Source: Limisphaerales bacterium (GTDB lineage Bacteria > Verrucomicrobiota > Verrucomicrobiia > Limisphaerales > SIBE01). From it: DNA of 44,196 bases. The DNA lies in assembly GCA_044225505.1 (NCBI GenBank), contig JBGAIN010000057.1:1-44196 (forward strand), in the 5' to 3' direction. The notes below the pieces were generated by a model that searched no databases, was not told the origin of the DNA, and worked only from the letters and a program-made list of their open reading frames with translations. The position numbers and the translations under genes were made by a program. How positions within the stretch are numbered: position 1 is the stretch's first letter; each line of letters opens with the position of its first letter. Of this stretch, positions 40,903 through 44,196 are shown piece after piece.

Positions 40903-40928
40903 TGTAAGATGTCGGCTGTTTTGTCGTT
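40903..40928 (+). promoter_or_regulatory. Candidate ECF promoter TGTAAG-N16-CGTT, pointing to the ECF gene
   Basis: Same -35 hexamer and spacing as the opposite-strand motif at 41000-41025. Confidence 0.45.
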
Positions 40929-40978
40929 GTCCAGTCCGCATCTAATCTAGCGCCAGACCCGCTACATTGGATGTGACG

Positions 40979-40994
40979 CTGACGTTTACGTCAG
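40979..40994. promoter_or_regulatory. Palindromic operator CTGACGTTTACGTCAG
   Basis: 7-bp perfect arms with a TT centre, at the predicted start site of the msrA-directed promoter. Confidence 0.5.
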
Positions 40995-40999
40995 AGTGG

Positions 41000-41025
41000 G
41001 TCGTTTACTGTTTGGCAACCTTACA
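41000..41025 (-). promoter_or_regulatory. Candidate ECF promoter TGTAAG-N16-CGAC, pointing to msrA
   Basis: The minus strand reads TGTAAGGTTGCCAAACAGTAAACGAC; about 120 bp upstream of the msrA ATG. Confidence 0.55.
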
Positions 41026-41060
41026 ATCCGAGGGATCTGGACTTCCGGCAATGTCTGGTC

Positions 41061-41128
41061 GTGCGGTGTTCCGTGGCCACGATATTTCGTGGGACCCCAC
41101 GAAACGCCGCGGCCACGATTTGCGGCAA
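41061..41128. promoter_or_regulatory. Candidate sigma54 enhancer: up to four CCACGA-N4-TCGTGG sites
   Basis: Perfect site at 41077-41092; degenerate or half sites at 41061, 41097 and 41113. Centred about 100-110 bp upstream of the -24 box. Confidence 0.65.
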
Positions 41129-41196
41129 GCGTTCCGCTCAACCGGGCAGGCCCTTGTTTCCTGGCAAATTAGCCGGTTTTCCGTGAAAGAGCGTCG

Positions 41197-41211
41197 TGGC
41201 ATAGGGCCTGC
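41197..41211 (+). promoter_or_regulatory. Sigma54 -24/-12 promoter
   Basis: TGGCAT-AGGGC-CTGC with exact GG-N10-GC spacing, 15 bp before the ECF ATG. Confidence 0.65.
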
Positions 41212-41226
41212 CTAAGGGGGGGCACA

Positions 41227-41847
41227 ATGAAAATGGTAACGACTCAACCCACCGACGTTTCCCGCGAGATCCCGGTCGCTTCGGACTGGGTGGATGCCTA
41301 CGGCGATTACCTGTTGAATTTTGCCTTGGGGCAGGTGCATGACCAGGGAGTCGCGGAGGATTTGGTCCAGGAAACGTTTCTGGCCGCATTGAAGGGAAAG
41401 GATCGTTTTGCGGGCCGGTCTGCGGAACGAACCTGGTTGATCGGGATCCTTCGCCACAAGATCTATGATCACCTCCGCCGAACTTGCCGGGATCGAGCCC
41501 GCCAAGCTCCATTCGTTCCATCGCGTAACGACCAGGAAGCCTGGGATGAATCCGTTCTGTGGTTGCACGAGGTGGCGTCTGAATGTCAGTCGCCAAGTCG
41601 GAGAATGGAATTGGACGAGCTACGCTCTCAACTTGAGACGGCGTTGGGGCGACTCCCGTCGCGGCTAGCCCAAGTTTTTCAGCTCTACGCCGTAGAGGAG
41701 AAGACTAACGCCGAGGTTTGCGAACAGCTTAAAATCTCGGAAAGCAACCTCTGGGTGATGCTACACCGAGCACGAAAGCAATTGCGCGAGCTATTGTCGA
41801 CTTGGGGATCAAGAGACACCACGCGATCGGAGAACTCCGAATCCTAG
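41227..41847 (+). CDS. ECF RNA polymerase sigma factor (TIGR02943-like)
   Basis: AEDLVQETFLAA, FAGRSAERTWL.GILRHKI.D (region 2); LP....VF....EVC..L.ISESNLWVMLHRAR..LR (region 4). Confidence 0.93.
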   Translation: MKMVTTQPTDVSREIPVASDWVDAYGDYLLNFALGQVHDQGVAEDLVQETFLAALKGKDRFAGRSAERTWLIGILRHKIYDHLRRTCRDRARQAPFVPSRNDQEAWDESVLWLHEVASECQSPSRRMELDELRSQLETALGRLPSRLAQVFQLYAVEEKTNAEVCEQLKISESNLWVMLHRARKQLRELLSTWGSRDTTRSENSES

Positions 41848-41852
41848 ATCGT

Positions 41853-42137
41853 ATGCTCAGGATTACTGAATTGGCACCGGCGCAGGGCGCTGTGCACCTC
41901 CGTTTGGAAGGGCGACTGGTTGGCCCTTGGGTCTCTGAGGCCAAGCAGGTCTGCGATCGTAAGCTAGACCATCAACGCCCTCTGGTGCTCGATCTTAAAG
42001 ACCTTGCGTTTGTCGACCTGCGCGGCGCCGTATTGCTTGCCCAGTTGCGGCAGGATGGAGCTCAGCTTTTGAACGGGTCGCCTTTCCTGGAAGCCCAGCT
42101 GAGAGCGGTCGGGGAATCGGGAGACGCTTTCGTCTAG
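41853..42137 (+). CDS. Small STAS-like protein
   Basis: MLRIT...LRLEGRLVGPWV.E...LVLDLKDLAFVDLRG..LL. Starts 5 bp after the ECF stop. Confidence 0.8.
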   Translation: MLRITELAPAQGAVHLRLEGRLVGPWVSEAKQVCDRKLDHQRPLVLDLKDLAFVDLRGAVLLAQLRQDGAQLLNGSPFLEAQLRAVGESGDAFV

Positions 42138-44196
42138 ACTCGCCCGGGTCGCTTGATCCCTAGTTTTTGCATTCGGCTCCTCAGGGTGCTGGGATGTAGA
42201 TTTAAGAGCCGTGCGGCACCCGACTCGCCCTCGATCATCCAGCGTGTCTGGGCGAGCACCGACTCAATGTGGCGACGCTCGACGTCCTCCAATGTCCTCG
42301 CTGGACTGGCAGCCGCCGTCACCGCCACGGTCGAGGTCGACGGTCGGGCGGAAATCGGCTCAGGCGCGACCGCGGCAGGATGCGGGATGGGGGCTGGAGG
42401 TAGCTCTTCGTTGATCGTCAGATACGAACCCTTTGAAAGCACGACCGCGCGCTCGATGACGTTCTGCAACTCGCGAATATTCCCGGGCCACGCGTAGAGT
42501 AACATCCGCTGCATCACCTCATCTGGAACTTGTTGCAGAGGGCGGCCAAAACGTTTCGCGAACATTTGCAGGAAGAACTGCACGAGCAACGGCAAGTCCG
42601 CGCTTCGCTCCCGGAGAGGGGGCAGGTGAATGGGCAACACATTGAGTCGATAGAACAGGTCGCGACGGAATCTTCCCTCTTCCGAAGCGGCGGCAAGATT
42701 ACGGTTCGTGGCCGCGATAATGCGCACGTTGACGCGGATCGTTTGACTGCTCCCGACAGGCTCAAATTCGTGTTCTTGAAGAACGCGGAGTAGCTTTACC
42801 TGGGTTTCCAAGGGCAGTTCACCCACTTCATCAAGGAAGATGGTTCCGCCGTCCGCGAGTTTAAATCGGCCGTCACGGTTCCCTAATGCACCCGTAAAAG
42901 CGCCTTTCACATGGCCGAACAGCTCGCTTTCCACGAGGCCAGCACTGATGGCACCACAATTGACTTTTACCAGAGGCCGATTCTTTCGCCCGCTGCGATC
43001 GTGAATCGCACGTGCCACGAGTTCCTTGCCCGTGCCCGTTTCTCCCAGGATAAGCACCGTGGAGTCAGTGGGGGCAATCTGTTCGACTTGTTGCAGGACC
43101 GCCCGCAGTTTGGGACTGTTGCCAACGATTTCTGTGAAGTTGTGTTCGGCCCGGATTTCCTCCTGCAAATAGGCATTCTCCGCAGCCAATCGGTCCCGAA
43201 GACGCCGCACTTCTTCGTGGGCAAGGCAGTCGTCCAAAGCCACGGCCACCGCACTTGCGACTTGTTCGAGAAGGGTCCGACTTATATTTCGATAGGCTCC
43301 ATTGGTCGAAGCCATGAAAAAGAGCGCTCCTCGGGTGTGCGTGCCGGTCACCAAGGGCAAGACACACAGCGACTGCATCCGCTCGTCCTCCATGACGCGA
43401 AACGTAACTGGAAACCGTTCGCGCAACTCATCGCGAGTTGGCGCAACGAACCATTCGCGCGATTTGAGAACCCACGCACAAGCGGTGCCATCGGCCGGCA
43501 ACACGGCAATCTGTGGCGCCTGAGGGGAGGTCGCAGGGGTGAGAATGTAACCCTGCAGTTTTCCGGCCTCGATGGGTAGTTCAATGCCAAAACGCTCGGT
43601 TGGGACTACCTTTTGCAGGCTCCCGGCTAAGGCCGCGAACAGTTCATGGCGATTGAGATGGTGCCCGATCGCTCGATTGACATTGAGGATCGCTTCGTTC
43701 TCCGCTGCCAATCGTTGCAGATCTTCAAACGCCCGCATGTTTGAGACCGCGATCGCCACCTGATTTCCCACTTCTTGCAGTAAAGCGGCGTCCTCGTCCG
43801 TATACTGAGACCGTGTTGTACTCGCTAGATTCATCGTCCCGATGCTTCGTCCTCCCACGATCAGAGGAACCGTGCACAAGGACCGGACGCCTTCTTTAGC
43901 CAAAGCGCGTTCGCTGGCGAAAGTCCCCTCGGCCTCTAAATCACGACGAACGAGGGGGAGTTGATGATCGAATGCCCACCCGGGATGACTCTCGCGCCTG
44001 GGGATTTCCCTTCCAACCTGATAATAGTGCGACTGAAAATGGCCTTCGATTGCCAAGATTCGAAGTCCATCCGTATCCGGATTGTAAAGAGTGAAAGCGG
44101 CCCGATCGAACGCCAGGACATGCTTGAGCGCGTCGCAGGTGGCCTCCAGCAGGTCATCCTGGGTAAGATGTTTGATAATCGCGTTGGTAATCTCGA
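42134..44196 (-). CDS. FhlA-like sigma54 enhancer-binding protein (at least 2 GAF + AAA+ + Fis HTH); 5' end outside the window
   Basis: GETGTGKE, ESELFGH.KGAFTGA, FLDEVGE, WPGNIRELQN, HTH tail. The frame stays open beyond 44056 to the edge (EITNAIIKHL...FDRAAFTLY). Confidence 0.95.
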   Translation of the reverse strand, partial: EITNAIIKHLTQDDLLEATCDALKHVLAFDRAAFTLYNPDTDGLRILAIEGHFQSHYYQVGREIPRRESHPGWAFDHQLPLVRRDLEAEGTFASERALAKEGVRSLCTVPLIVGGRSIGTMNLASTTRSQYTDEDAALLQEVGNQVAIAVSNMRAFEDLQRLAAENEAILNVNRAIGHHLNRHELFAALAGSLQKVVPTERFGIELPIEAGKLQGYILTPATSPQAPQIAVLPADGTACAWVLKSREWFVAPTRDELRERFPVTFRVMEDERMQSLCVLPLVTGTHTRGALFFMASTNGAYRNISRTLLEQVASAVAVALDDCLAHEEVRRLRDRLAAENAYLQEEIRAEHNFTEIVGNSPKLRAVLQQVEQIAPTDSTVLILGETGTGKELVARAIHDRSGRKNRPLVKVNCGAISAGLVESELFGHVKGAFTGALGNRDGRFKLADGGTIFLDEVGELPLETQVKLLRVLQEHEFEPVGSSQTIRVNVRIIAATNRNLAAASEEGRFRRDLFYRLNVLPIHLPPLRERSADLPLLVQFFLQMFAKRFGRPLQQVPDEVMQRMLLYAWPGNIRELQNVIERAVVLSKGSYLTINEELPPAPIPHPAAVAPEPISARPSTSTVAVTAAASPARTLEDVERRHIESVLAQTRWMIEGESGAARLLNLHPSTLRSRMQKLGIKRPGRV

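Noticed and set aside
44056..44196. Start or frameshift of the EBP at 44056
   Set aside because: The frame is open and GAF-like up to the window edge, so the gene is simply truncated by the window.
1..44196. Prophage, IS element, defence system, tRNA or rRNA
   Set aside because: No integrase, transposase, nuclease, reverse transcriptase or structural-RNA signature was recognised.

Overview
A 44.2 kb GC-rich bacterial chromosomal segment, probably from Verrucomicrobiota (Pedosphaera/Limisphaera-like). This is inferred from a PEP-CTERM protein, an H-X9-DG prepilin-like protein, an RCC1/Ig giant surface protein with an 'S.DL..W...RFYR' tail, DUF1080/DUF481/DUF362 proteins and several Tat substrates. 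About 30 CDS cover ABC transport, xylA, LPS heptose genes, acyP, treZ plus a debranching enzyme, a Ser/Thr kinase, sugar redox enzymes and glycosidases, dacB, msrA, an ECF sigma, a STAS-like protein and an FhlA-like sigma54 activator. I found no rRNA, tRNA, CRISPR array, transposase or phage gene. Two genes carry clustered indels that look like assembly errors. The most interesting signals are mostly non-coding or regulatory: (i) a tandem pair of structured, terminator-ended minus-strand RNA units at 13.3-13.56 kb whose differences preserve pairing; (ii) a msrA/ECF/STAS/GAF-EBP module with face-to-face ECF-type promoters, a sigma54 promoter and a 4-site enhancer but no anti-sigma gene; (iii) 17-24 bp palindromes shared between distant intergenic regions; (iv) an inverted array of 11-bp units; (v) two probable pseudo- or atypical enzymes (kinase VAIK->VAIR and DFG->DFD; GmhB-like DxD->ExD). 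Family names come from recognising motifs by eye, not from database searches.
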